Positions 19,375 to 27,799 of a stretch of 58,078 bases of DNA are shown one piece after another. Position 1 is the first letter of the stretch. Every line of letters starts with the position of its first letter. Source of the stretch: Candidatus Saccharimonadota bacterium (lineage in GTDB: Bacteria > Patescibacteriota > Saccharimonadia > Saccharimonadales > UBA10212); assembly GCA_016187125.1 (NCBI GenBank), contig JACPKF010000006.1, forward strand, positions 1 through 58,078, read 5' to 3'. The notes under the pieces were generated by a model that did not search any database, had not been told where the DNA came from, and saw nothing but the letters and a program-made list of their open reading frames with translations. The translations under genes were made by a program, and so were the position numbers.

Positions 19375-20010
19375 TTATTTGGATGGTTGTTCGAAAGCGT
19401 TTCGTATCGTGTAAACAGCTTCTGGCCCTTGGTCTCTAACGATTGCTTTGGCTGTAGGCACAGGATTATGGGCTCTCCTATCGTAGGAGCTATCGACAAA
19501 CCATTCGGTATCAGTTGTGTCTCTTATAAGTGCACCGTGATAGTCGTCACCTACTGAACTTGCCGCGTAAGCGTTGTAGAGTTCTTTTGAGCTAGCCGTA
19601 AGCGGCGCAGAAAGGACAACCGTAGCTGTACTATCATGTCCTACATGATCGGTTTGAATAAATAGGGGATGATTGGGATCTGCCTGGTGCGTGCCGGGCT
19701 TAGGAGCAAACTCTGCTCTTACATGCGTTTCTCCCACTATAGGGCTGTTATTTTCAGCCTCTACTGTTACAGTCCCTGTTTCAGAGTCATAGAACTGATC
19801 ATATCTATCAGCAAATTTGATGACGAGCTTACCTAGAAGTTTCATTTCAGGTTTGATTGTCTGCTCGAGTCGCTGTCCCACCTTTGGCGTGTGAATGATA
19901 TCGCCACGGGAACTGTGGAATACACCGCGGTCGGCTGCGACCCCAAAGCCACTACCAACTGCAGCTATTGCTGCTGTGGCTGCTAGTACGTTTTTGTTTA
20001 ATTTGACCAT
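19375..20010 (-). CDS. Hypothetical secreted protein (211 aa)
   Basis: N-terminal signal-like sequence LAATAAIAAVGSGFGVAA. Confidence 0.55.
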   Translation of the reverse strand: MVKLNKNVLAATAAIAAVGSGFGVAADRGVFHSSRGDIIHTPKVGQRLEQTIKPEMKLLGKLVIKFADRYDQFYDSETGTVTVEAENNSPIVGETHVRAEFAPKPGTHQADPNHPLFIQTDHVGHDSTATVVLSAPLTASSKELYNAYAASSVGDDYHGALIRDTTDTEWFVDSSYDRRAHNPVPTAKAIVRDQGPEAVYTIRNAFEQPSK

Positions 20011-20065
20011 AGATACCTATGGTACACTACTTTGCCTAAAAAGTCAAGCACAAGAGGATTTATTA

Positions 20066-20141
20066 TGGTCGGGGTGACAGGACTTGAACCTGCGACCTCA
20101 CGGCCCCCAGCCGTACGCGCTACCAGCTGCGCCACACCCCG
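20066..20141 (-). tRNA. tRNA-Pro (GGG), CCA encoded
   Basis: The rc is CGGGGTG..GCGC-AGCTGGTA-GCGC..TACGG-CTGGGGG-CCGTG..GCAGG-TTCAAGT-CCTGT-CACCCCG-ACCA. Confidence 0.93.
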
Positions 20142-20220
20142 CCACTTGGCTATTTTATCAGAGAAGCCTAAATGGGGTCCCCGCAAAGTGCCAACGCAGT
20201 GCATTTTGTGGGGAGAGGGG

Positions 20221-20298
20221 CAACAATACAAGACCCCGCTAATTTTTGGCTACCCAGGTCGCCAAAAATTTCTAGCGGGGTTGATATTAGTTGCGACG
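20221..20298 (-). terminator. Conserved 78-nt hairpin module, copy 1
   Basis: ACCCCGC..TTTTGGC...GCCAAAA..GCGGGGT. It is ~90% identical to 37824-37898, which directly follows tRNA-Gly. Confidence 0.6.
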
Positions 20299-20431
20299 AG
20301 GTAGCCGGCTCCGGCACTCAATTACTCTGCTTTCGCAAAGTGGGTGTCCGCACGCCAAGTCCACGGACTAAAGCGCATGTAAGACTCCCTGTTGTAAACT
20401 ATTCAGAAAATTTATTGTGCCGTCACCGACT
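20299..20431 (-). ncRNA. Candidate ~130-nt small RNA (unknown class)
   Basis: On the minus strand an extended -10 TGCTATAAT lies at 20438-20446. The 3' end abuts the same module that follows tRNA-Gly. The ends can pair (CGGTGACGGCAC with GTGCCGGAGCCG), and there is a GAAA-capped 7-bp stem. Confidence 0.35.
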
Positions 20432-20450
20432 AATACTATTATAGCAGTGG

Positions 20451-21071
20451 CTATGTCAGCAGAGCGCCAGTTAGTCTGACGATAATATCCCCGAGTCCTG
20501 AGCTAAACTGATAAAACAAAAAGATGAATATAAAAAGACCCATCATGCCAAAGCCTTCGATAGCTTCCATGGCTTCCCGCAAGGGGCGCGGCGCGAAAGC
20601 ATATAACAGCCTAGAACCATCCAGCGGCGGCCAAGGAATGCTATTAAACACAAAAAACCCGATGTTGACAGCTACGGCGGTTACCAGAATATCTTGTATG
20701 ATGCCGGCCTCCGGCTGTAAAAGCCGCAAGTCAGCTGCAGCTAAAACGGCTAAGACCAAGTTTGTAAGCGGCCCGATCATTCCCACTAGCGCTCCGCCGA
20801 ATTTACCATGCCGCAGACGATAAAAATTCACCTGCACCGGCTTGGCCGCGCCAAAAATCACCGGACTGTGGCTTAAAATCAAAAAGAAGGGTATGAGCAG
20901 AGTTAAATACGGATCTATGTGCCGGGCCGGGTTAAGGGAAATACGGCCTTGAAGTCTGGCGGTATCATCACCTAGCCAGGCACTGGTGACGGCATGCATC
21001 AGCTCGTGAACCGACATCGAGATAAAGATGATAGGTAGGGCTATCAGTAAAAGATATGTCGTATCACTCAT
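20451..21071 (-). CDS. Site-2 protease family (peptidase M50) membrane metalloprotease
   Basis: HELMHA zinc motif within a polytopic membrane protein. Confidence 0.85.
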   Translation of the reverse strand: MSDTTYLLLIALPIIFISMSVHELMHAVTSAWLGDDTARLQGRISLNPARHIDPYLTLLIPFFLILSHSPVIFGAAKPVQVNFYRLRHGKFGGALVGMIGPLTNLVLAVLAAADLRLLQPEAGIIQDILVTAVAVNIGFFVFNSIPWPPLDGSRLLYAFAPRPLREAMEAIEGFGMMGLFIFIFLFYQFSSGLGDIIVRLTGALLT

Positions 21072-21112
21072 CCATAACAGTATAGCGGAAACTACAAACC
21101 GGCAAAGTTTAA

Positions 21113-21138
21113 CAAAAATCAGCGATCGCTGATTTTTG
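21113..21138. promoter_or_regulatory. 26-bp perfect palindrome, candidate operator
   Basis: CAAAAATCAGCGATCGCTGATTTTTG lies between divergent genes. A near-identical palindrome lies at 57523-57548. Confidence 0.5.
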
Positions 21139-21206
21139 TTAGGTAGGTTGATTTTATCTGTTTTTATCTATAGAATTGAGCTTTGAACCTATTTTAGGAT
21201 TTAATC

Positions 21207-21395
21207 ATGCAAAGACTAGATTTTGATAAAAAAGCCAAGCAGCACGGCCATAACGTTAGCTTTTCTATGCGCCATACCAAAAAAGTCTGGAAGCCTAATT
21301 TGCAAGTTAAAACGCTTATGATTGACGGCAAAAAGGTCAAAGTAAAAATCAGCACCACTGCCATCCGTTCCCTCAAGAAAAAAGGCCTTCTCTAA
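21207..21395 (+). CDS. rpmB: 50S ribosomal protein L28
   Basis: GHNVSFSMRHTKKVWKPNLQ. Confidence 0.9.
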   Translation: MQRLDFDKKAKQHGHNVSFSMRHTKKVWKPNLQVKTLMIDGKKVKVKISTTAIRSLKKKGLL

Positions 21396-21444
21396 ATACT
21401 TATCTTAATAAAGTTGCTAGCTAAGCAACTAATTACTATTATAG

Positions 21445-21473
21445 TTGACGTAGAATAAGTCTAATCTTATAAT
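21445..21473 (+). promoter_or_regulatory. Putative promoter
   Basis: TTGACG, a 17-nt spacer, then TATAAT, upstream of 21510. Confidence 0.55.
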
Positions 21474-21509
21474 AGATTCATCTAAAGATGTTCTGCTGAG
21501 GATTTACAA

Positions 21510-22301
21510 GTGATACTTAAACAGTTTCAAGAAGTGTTTGACATAGACAACCGGATTGTCAAAATGCACGAGCAACTCTCGGAGTTGTATAAACAACGAG
21601 CCGGCATTTTGAATCCTGATCAAGACTTGGCTTCGGACCTGTTTTTTGTTGAAACTGCGTCTGATACTACTGGCTTAGGCTCTCTGAATTCCAGAAAAAT
21701 ATGGATGATAAAAGAGTATGAGCTGCTACAAACCAAATGGCAGCACTACGCCGTAAAATTACCAAAGTACTCGGCGCTGGAAGCCAAACTCAGCTCAGCT
21801 TACAATGTTATTAGTACCATTTCGGCCCTGCTGCCGGAGTTACATGGCAAAATGGGTCTACTAGCAGTCCCGCCAAAAAAGTACTTAGACTTTCCCGTTA
21901 GCCCCGGCTTGAGACTCTTGCAGAATCCCGATATAGGTAACGACCTTCTAAGTTCGAGTTTACCAAAAACTAAAGTGAGTAAAAATTGGCGGATTTTGGT
22001 TGTCTACAGTGGACCAAGCGGTATCTACCTCGAAAATCCCAAAACAATTTTTGAACGTAAGATGCACCTTAAAGCCAACTTTGATATGAGCGCCCTGGGC
22101 CTATTAGAATATACAGCTCTGACACTGCAAAATATCGAAATCATTGACAGTGGTACCTGGACAGTTTTGATGAAAGATTACCGGGGCGATCAACTACTAC
22201 CTTATGCCACTTTTAAAGACGGGCGTTACCATTTTGAGATGGACAAAAGTGATAGCATTTACGGCAATATCCGCTTTAGACCGGCGGTAGAGGTAGGCTA
22301 A
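21510..22301 (+). CDS. Hypothetical protein (263 aa)
   Basis: ORF only. Confidence 0.55.
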   Translation: MILKQFQEVFDIDNRIVKMHEQLSELYKQRAGILNPDQDLASDLFFVETASDTTGLGSLNSRKIWMIKEYELLQTKWQHYAVKLPKYSALEAKLSSAYNVISTISALLPELHGKMGLLAVPPKKYLDFPVSPGLRLLQNPDIGNDLLSSSLPKTKVSKNWRILVVYSGPSGIYLENPKTIFERKMHLKANFDMSALGLLEYTALTLQNIEIIDSGTWTVLMKDYRGDQLLPYATFKDGRYHFEMDKSDSIYGNIRFRPAVEVG

Positions 22302-22425
22302 TGAAAGATGATAGACTGCAAGGAATTTTGTTCCATAGCAGTAAAATAGTAAATTGTAATTTAGCTCTGCCTCTTTATAGACGACTTTTTGCAAGAGTCT
22401 TTTCTAGATCAAAAAACCAGAAAAC

Positions 22426-22715
22426 CTAGAACCCATTTCAATACCTCCTTCGGAGTTCGAGAGACTCAATTCCAGGTTAAAGATGACTGATTTCTTGCGA
22501 CAAGCTGTACCCATTGGTACATCGCGAAGTGAAGCACCGCCAATAGGAGTTGGCGGCTTCCCAGATTACGGTGCGAAACCCCGCACCGAAGGCCAATGCA
22601 CCAACTATCATCCACCGACAGGAGTCGGTGGCCTTCTGGTGCGTGGGGCAAAAATCAGTTAGATTGCCTGGAATCTGGTTCGCAGAAGGAAGGTAGGTTT
22701 TGAAATGGGTTCTAG
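22426..22715. mobile_element. 290-bp TAGAACCCA-terminated inverted-repeat element (MITE-like or structured RNA), copy A
   Basis: The termini are CTAGAACCCATTTCA and TGAAATGGGTTCTAG, with the imperfect inverted repeat extending to ~25 bp. The interior is dense in GC hairpins. Confidence 0.6.
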
Positions 22716-23407
22716 CCGGATTTAAGTACAATCAGGCGTGCCGTGTCGGTAAATTCAGCCGCTTTGGGCTTATATTTATCTAGGGTCTCGCTGGGCTCCA
22801 TGGCCAGAGCCTTAAGAGCCTCAGCTAACTCAGCTTGGGGCACTTGGTACTTAATAGCTACACCTGCGTAGTGAGTTGGAATAATGACTTTAGGCTCAAG
22901 CTTCTTGATTATCTGCAGAGCCCCTGCTCCGTCTAATGTATAGCCATTGCCGCCAACCGGCACTACGGCTATATCCACCAGCCCAATTTGTTCCAGTTGG
23001 TCGTCGCTAAGCTCGGGATAAATATGGCCTAAAATCGCCACTTTCAAATCATCGGCCGAGATCGTATAGATAACGGCGTTATGGGCATCCGGCTCATCCA
23101 TCCCGTTAGAAGTCCGATTCGCTGAGCGCGAATCGGCAGATTTCTGCGAAGTCTTACTTCTAACGGGATCCATATGAGACCGGGCAGCAATGCCGTGAAT
23201 AGCCACGCCGGAAATTTCGTATTCGCCGGGCATATCGGCTTTAAAGCGAGCTTCGTGATCCGGGATGCCGGCGTGGGTGTTGAGGCTTATATCAGTTGGC
23301 TTGGTTATGGTTTTTAAACCAAGCTCTGCCAAATTGTCGTCAATAACGATAGCGGCTTTTTTGGTAGTTATACGCAGACAATTGGCACCGTAGTACTGCA
23401 GTTCCAT
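22712..23407 (-). CDS. MBL-fold metallo-hydrolase (UPF0173-like) with a 24-aa palindromic-element insertion
   Basis: It has a beta-lactamase-fold layout ending ...VIIPTHYAG. The stop TAG lies inside the terminus of element A. Confidence 0.75.
   Translation of the reverse strand: MELQYYGANCLRITTKKAAIVIDDNLAELGLKTITKPTDISLNTHAGIPDHEARFKADMPGEYEISGVAIHGIAARSHMDPVRSKTSQKSADSRSANRTSNGMDEPDAHNAVIYTISADDLKVAILGHIYPELSDDQLEQIGLVDIAVVPVGGNGYTLDGAGALQIIKKLEPKVIIPTHYAGVAIKYQVPQAELAEALKALAMEPSETLDKYKPKAAEFTDTARLIVLKSG
23096..23173. mobile_element. CCCGTTAGA palindromic element, copy 1, in frame within a CDS
   Basis: ATCCAT-CCCGTTAGAAGT...ACTTCTAACGGG-ATCCAT. The arms are 12 bp and there are two internal hairpins. 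The element plus one direct repeat is 72 nt. Confidence 0.7.
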
Positions 23408-23567
23408 TAAACGCTCCCTGCAGGAGCGTAAAGCATCAATATTGAAGCTCTAAGCTCTAGATAAGTACGAAACAATAAATTACAAATACTAAACGGTTTG
23501 GAATTTGGGGTATTAGAATTTATATATTGTTTAGAGTTTAGAGTTTCGGATTTAGGATTTATCATCT

Positions 23568-24203
23568 TTATACCGGCAAGTCCTGGGTATTGATTATAAC
23601 CTGCTTTTTGGCTTCTAAAAGATGGGTCACAAAGCGATCTTTTATTTGCTGGCGATACTTGTAATCGGGTAGTGTCATGACGGTGTATCGAATCTGTTTA
23701 TTTTCCGATTTTTCCAGCTCCTCCACAAAACGATCAATCTTGGCTTGATTGATGTCACCTACCACAACCAGGTCCACTCCGGCAATTTCGTCTCTGGTGA
23801 ACTGACCGGTCAAAACAGCCAGCTCAACATGGCCGGTAGATCTTAAACCCTTAGCCAGTGGCGTTTCCGGTAGCTCGTCAACTTTGGGTTCTACCGATTC
23901 TTTTTTGGCCTGAGCTTTAGTCTCATCTTTAGAAGTTGGAGCTAGGGTTTTGCCGCTAAAAATGGCTGCCAGTGGGCGGTAATATTTGTATTTTTGATCA
24001 ACCTCATAATACAGGCGATTATTATTAGCATCAGAAGTAATAATGCCGATGCTCAGCAAGTTAGCTAGCTCCCGGCGAACTGAATTAATCTGCTCATCTA
24101 TTTTGCGAGTAATTTCGCGCACATAAAATGAGCGATTTGGGTTCTCGTAAAACAAGCTCAGTAGTTTTACCCGGGTTTTTGATCCAAAAAGTTGCTCGAA
24201 CAT
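23568..24203 (-). CDS. Winged-helix (ArsR/PadR-like) transcriptional regulator-like protein
   Basis: N-terminal TRVKLLSLFYENPNRSFYVREITRKIDEQINSVRRELANL. Confidence 0.6.
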   Translation of the reverse strand: MFEQLFGSKTRVKLLSLFYENPNRSFYVREITRKIDEQINSVRRELANLLSIGIITSDANNNRLYYEVDQKYKYYRPLAAIFSGKTLAPTSKDETKAQAKKESVEPKVDELPETPLAKGLRSTGHVELAVLTGQFTRDEIAGVDLVVVGDINQAKIDRFVEELEKSENKQIRYTVMTLPDYKYRQQIKDRFVTHLLEAKKQVIINTQDLPV

Positions 24204-24269
24204 AGCCTCCCCTTGGTACTAATTGTACCAAATTGACATCCGGATGGTAAATCAAGTGTTCAGTAGGTT

Positions 24270-24983
24270 TTAGCGAGGGCGTTTTTGAGCCCTGATAGCA
24301 GCTTCTTTCTCCAGATGATCATCAAGAGGCTCTAGTTCAATTGTCTTGCCAGTTTGGCGAGCTAGCGCCTGCCCGAGAATTGCATCGGCAAAATGAGGGT
24401 TTTTAGACAGGATTGGACCATGCAAATACGAGCCGAACACATTTATTTGCCTTGCGCCTTCAGTCCCGTCCTGACCATTGTTACCTTGGGCTCTTAAAGT
24501 TTTCCCCAGCGCCGGTTGATTTGGACCCAGCCAGGTCAAACCGCTGTGATTCTCATAGCCAACTATAGCGCCAAAGTCCGTGGTAGCAGTAATGTTGCCG
24601 ATTAAGCGCGTATTACTGGCCCTAGTCACTAAATCAAATATGCCAATGCCGGGTAGCTTGGCGCCGTCTTGAGTTAAAAAGTAGTGCCCAAATAACTGAT
24701 ACATACCGCAAATCATTAGCATGCTTACACCGTCTTTGGCCATAGCCTGCAGCTGCGCTTGGCGCTTAGCAAGATCGCCGACGATAAGTGATTGTCCTGA
24801 GTCTTGGCCGCCGCCACCAATTATGATGTCAGTCTGGTTTGGCAGTTTATCACCGGCTCTAACTAGGTGAGTTTCTACGTCATAACCACGCCAACGCAGT
24901 CGTTGTTCTAATACCAGACGATTACCGGTATCGCCGTAAATATTCATTTCAACCGGATACAGGTGCACCAGATGGACTTTCAT
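24270..24983 (-). CDS. gatD: Lipid II isoglutaminyl synthase glutaminase subunit GatD (CobQ-type GATase)
   Basis: It contains ICGMYQLFG (Cys nucleophile) and YENHSG. GGAGG lies 6 nt upstream of the ATG at 24983. The gene is adjacent to murT. Confidence 0.85.
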   Translation of the reverse strand: MKVHLVHLYPVEMNIYGDTGNRLVLEQRLRWRGYDVETHLVRAGDKLPNQTDIIIGGGGQDSGQSLIVGDLAKRQAQLQAMAKDGVSMLMICGMYQLFGHYFLTQDGAKLPGIGIFDLVTRASNTRLIGNITATTDFGAIVGYENHSGLTWLGPNQPALGKTLRAQGNNGQDGTEGARQINVFGSYLHGPILSKNPHFADAILGQALARQTGKTIELEPLDDHLEKEAAIRAQKRPR

Positions 24984-25019
24984 GAACTGCCTCCGAAAGT
25001 CCAATTTACCATTAGCCAT

Positions 25020-25275
25020 TGGCCATTAGCTAAATTATTAGTCATTAGCAAATTAGCAAAAAATCTTTTGGTAAATGTTAAATGAAGCCTCCACGGCTTT
25101 ATACCCGTGGTATTCTTCATTTCTTCGGCGGAATCCGCCGAAGCACCCTCCTTCGCTTTCCAAGCTTCGGAGGGTCCACCGTTCGCCTTCATCCATGGGC
25201 TTAGGCCCATGGTCTTCTGCGAAGGCGGATAATACTTAATTAGTAAATGGAAACTGAGAAACGATAAATGACTTG
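25020..25275. repeat. 256-nt multi-hairpin spacer between murT and gatD
   Basis: ATTAGC/CCATT low-complexity arms, plus hairpins CTTCGGCGG-AAT-CCGCCGAAG, CCCTCC...GGAGGG and CCATGGGC-TTAG-GCCCATGG. Confidence 0.7.
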
Positions 25276-26550
25276 TCATACCCTTGCTACCCTTGTGCGC
25301 TTTGCCAGAACCCGCCTAACCGCCAGCATGGCCGTATAGGTAGCATAAATAATAGCTGTTTGGCCTTCGGTGGTCTGGGCCTCTAGCACGTCAAGCATTT
25401 GCTTGATATCTGGCGTAACTTTCTGAGGGGCTATTTGGTCATATTTTAAACGCAGAGCCATATCATAAGCTCTGACACCGCTAGTTAGGATCGGTTTAGG
25501 CACCCCACTTAAAGCTTCAAAGTCAATGTCCCATAGCCACGAAACATCGCGTCCATCGGCGTAATCATCGTTGATTACTATTGCCGTAACACTAGGTTGA
25601 TGAATATCTAAAACATGCAGGGCTTGACGAAAGCTGGCGGGGTTTTTAATTAACTGCAAAATTAGCTTGCGCCCGCGGTAGTCAATTAGCTCTCCCCGCC
25701 CAAAAGCCGGCTCGATATCGGACAAGATCTTTAGCAGATTGGCTGTATTGGCTCTCGGGTAAAGTCCTAGCAGAACCCCTAGAGCAGCGGCTGCGTTGAG
25801 CGCGTTGTGTTGGCCATCCATCTTTAAATTAACACTGTATAGTTGATCACCAATTTTATAAGTCGCCGATGAGTCAACAATCTTGGTAAGTTCTACTTCC
25901 CTTTTGTGCGGGAGGGTACGTGGCTTGTCTTGAGCGTAAAGTTGCTCATCATTAGGAAACTGAGCCGTCAGGTTTTTAGATATACCAAAGTAAGCCGCCC
26001 GGGCGGTTGCTGGAGGCGTCATTGCCGCCGCCCGATTATCATCATCATTCAGCACTATTAACTCCTTAGTGTTGTTAACTACTTGCTGGAGCAATTTGGC
26101 AGTCGTGTCAATTTCGCCAAAGCGGTCCAGCTGATCCCTGGTAACATTAAGCACCAAGCTAACCCGTGGACGGTGCAGACGCACAAACCGCGCGGCGTAA
26201 GCCTCGTCTAGTTCGACAACAGCCATGTCATAAGGCAGTTTTGCGCTTAAAGAAGCAGCTTGAGCCACCGTCGAAAAGATGCCTCTTACAAAATTACCTC
26301 CGGTTTTATTAGTCAGCACTCTTCTGTTTTGAGACCGCAGCAGCTGAGTGATTATCTTGGTAGTTGTGGTTTTACCGTTAGTACCGCTAACAACAATCAC
26401 GCCTTCCGGCAACTGGTGTAGCATCGAATCTAAAAAGCCCGGATGGAGTTTCTCAACAATTAAGCCCGGCAGCGCCGCGCCGTGGTGGCCAGTGGCCCGC
26501 AGCCCCCAACCCAGAACCTTGGCAAACCAAATAAAGACAATGTTTAACAC
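25276..26550 (-). CDS. murT: Mur ligase family protein MurT
   Basis: It has the P-loop VSGTNGKTTTTK and a C-terminal DUF1727-like region. It is paired with gatD. Confidence 0.85.
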   Translation of the reverse strand: MLNIVFIWFAKVLGWGLRATGHHGAALPGLIVEKLHPGFLDSMLHQLPEGVIVVSGTNGKTTTTKIITQLLRSQNRRVLTNKTGGNFVRGIFSTVAQAASLSAKLPYDMAVVELDEAYAARFVRLHRPRVSLVLNVTRDQLDRFGEIDTTAKLLQQVVNNTKELIVLNDDDNRAAAMTPPATARAAYFGISKNLTAQFPNDEQLYAQDKPRTLPHKREVELTKIVDSSATYKIGDQLYSVNLKMDGQHNALNAAAALGVLLGLYPRANTANLLKILSDIEPAFGRGELIDYRGRKLILQLIKNPASFRQALHVLDIHQPSVTAIVINDDYADGRDVSWLWDIDFEALSGVPKPILTSGVRAYDMALRLKYDQIAPQKVTPDIKQMLDVLEAQTTEGQTAIIYATYTAMLAVRRVLAKRTRVARV

Positions 26551-26553
26551 TGC

Positions 26554-27444
26554 TTATAGTTTAGCTGATTTAACAGCTAAAAACGCCTCATCGGCTGAAC
26601 TGAACCATTTAATGAAAGGGTTGCGCTTAAACCAGGTCTTTTGACGACGGGCATATTGCCACTCAGCGGCAATTATCTGTTCTATCGCCTGGTTATGATT
26701 CAGCTCGCCGGCCAAATAATCCAAGGCCGTTAAATATGGAATACCGCCGGTTTTTTTGAGCTTCGGCTCGCCATATTGGCTCACCAGTGTTTTTGTCTCC
26801 TCTACTAAGCCATCAAAATTGGCGTGAGCCCGTTTGGCAATCCTCTGCTTAAGTTCCCCGTCTGGTAGTTTTAGGCCAATAATCATTGTGCCGACGTTTG
26901 GCTTTGGACTGCTTGAACCACTTCGGCCTTGAGTTTCAATCGTCCGAATTAGATGTCGTTTGTTCTGGCGGTTTTCGGGCATTTTGTAACCGAACTGGGT
27001 AATTTTGGCTTGTAGCCGCTCCACGCTCATGGATTCAAGCTGCTGTCTAAGTCTGGCCCCGGCCTTCGGTAGAAAACCAAAATCAAACACTACACCATCA
27101 ACGTACAACCCAGTGCCACCGACTAAAATTGGTAACTTGCCTCGCCTGACGATGTCGGCAATCTTGCACTCGGCGTAAATCTTAAACTTATGGGCGTTAA
27201 AACTTTCGCCGGGTTCAATCAAATCCAGACCAAAATGCCGGATTTTGCGTCTATCCTCAGCGCTTGGCTTGGCGGTGCCAATATCCATGCCTTTATAAAT
27301 TGTGCGAGAGTCGGCAGCAACAATCTCACCATTAAATTCTTTGGCGATCTGTAGAGCCAGAGCTGATTTACCGCTCGCCGTAGGACCAACAATGGTTAGT
27401 AGTTGGCATTTGGTAGATGGTAGATGGGGGTTTTTGGATTTCAT
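26554..27444 (-). CDS. miaA: tRNA dimethylallyltransferase
   Basis: GPTASGKSALA, DSRTIYKGMDIGTAKP, VGGTGLY. Confidence 0.92.
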   Translation of the reverse strand: MKSKNPHLPSTKCQLLTIVGPTASGKSALALQIAKEFNGEIVAADSRTIYKGMDIGTAKPSAEDRRKIRHFGLDLIEPGESFNAHKFKIYAECKIADIVRRGKLPILVGGTGLYVDGVVFDFGFLPKAGARLRQQLESMSVERLQAKITQFGYKMPENRQNKRHLIRTIETQGRSGSSSPKPNVGTMIIGLKLPDGELKQRIAKRAHANFDGLVEETKTLVSQYGEPKLKKTGGIPYLTALDYLAGELNHNQAIEQIIAAEWQYARRQKTWFKRNPFIKWFSSADEAFLAVKSAKL

Positions 27445-27481
27445 GAAGTTTTTTTATCTGCCATTTACTAACTGCTATCTG

Positions 27482-27799
27482 CTAAAGTGGCGGCTGCCAT
27501 AACAACTTTTCTATATCTACCTTAAAGTCCTCGTCAACTTTTACGCCTTCGGCCATTAGCGCCGCCTTGTGTCCTTCTGTGCCCCCGGGGTAACCTTCGG
27601 CCAATGAGCCATCTTTTTTAATGACTCTCTGCCACGGCAGTAACGGATCACCCCAGTGAGCGATACCGCCAACAATACGCGCAGCATATGGATTGCCGGC
27701 CAAGGCCGCCAGTTGGCCATAGGTCATAACCCGGCCGCTTGGTATTTGCGATACTAATGCGTAAACCTTTTGCTTAAAATCAGTATCAACTCTGTCCAT
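27482..27799 (-). CDS. MGMT-family DNA-binding protein lacking the active-site Cys (alkyltransferase-like)
   Basis: It has IPSGRVMTYGQLA and carries PWQRV where Ogt/Ada have PCHRV. Confidence 0.75.
   Translation of the reverse strand: MDRVDTDFKQKVYALVSQIPSGRVMTYGQLAALAGNPYAARIVGGIAHWGDPLLPWQRVIKKDGSLAEGYPGGTEGHKAALMAEGVKVDEDFKVDIEKLLWQPPL

Noticed and set aside
20299-20431. SRP (4.5S) RNA interpretation, also considered for 2482-2617.
   Set aside because: A GNRA-type loop is present, but the flanking helix-8 consensus (AGGUCC-GGAA-GGAAGCAGC with symmetric and asymmetric loops) is not recognisable by eye. Both regions are left as RNAs of unknown class.
22440-22700. tmRNA (ssrA) interpretation of the structured core of element A.
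   Set aside because: It has no GGGG...CCACCA acceptor pairing, no valid T-arm, and no tag-like reading frame ending in hydrophobic residues plus a stop, on either strand.
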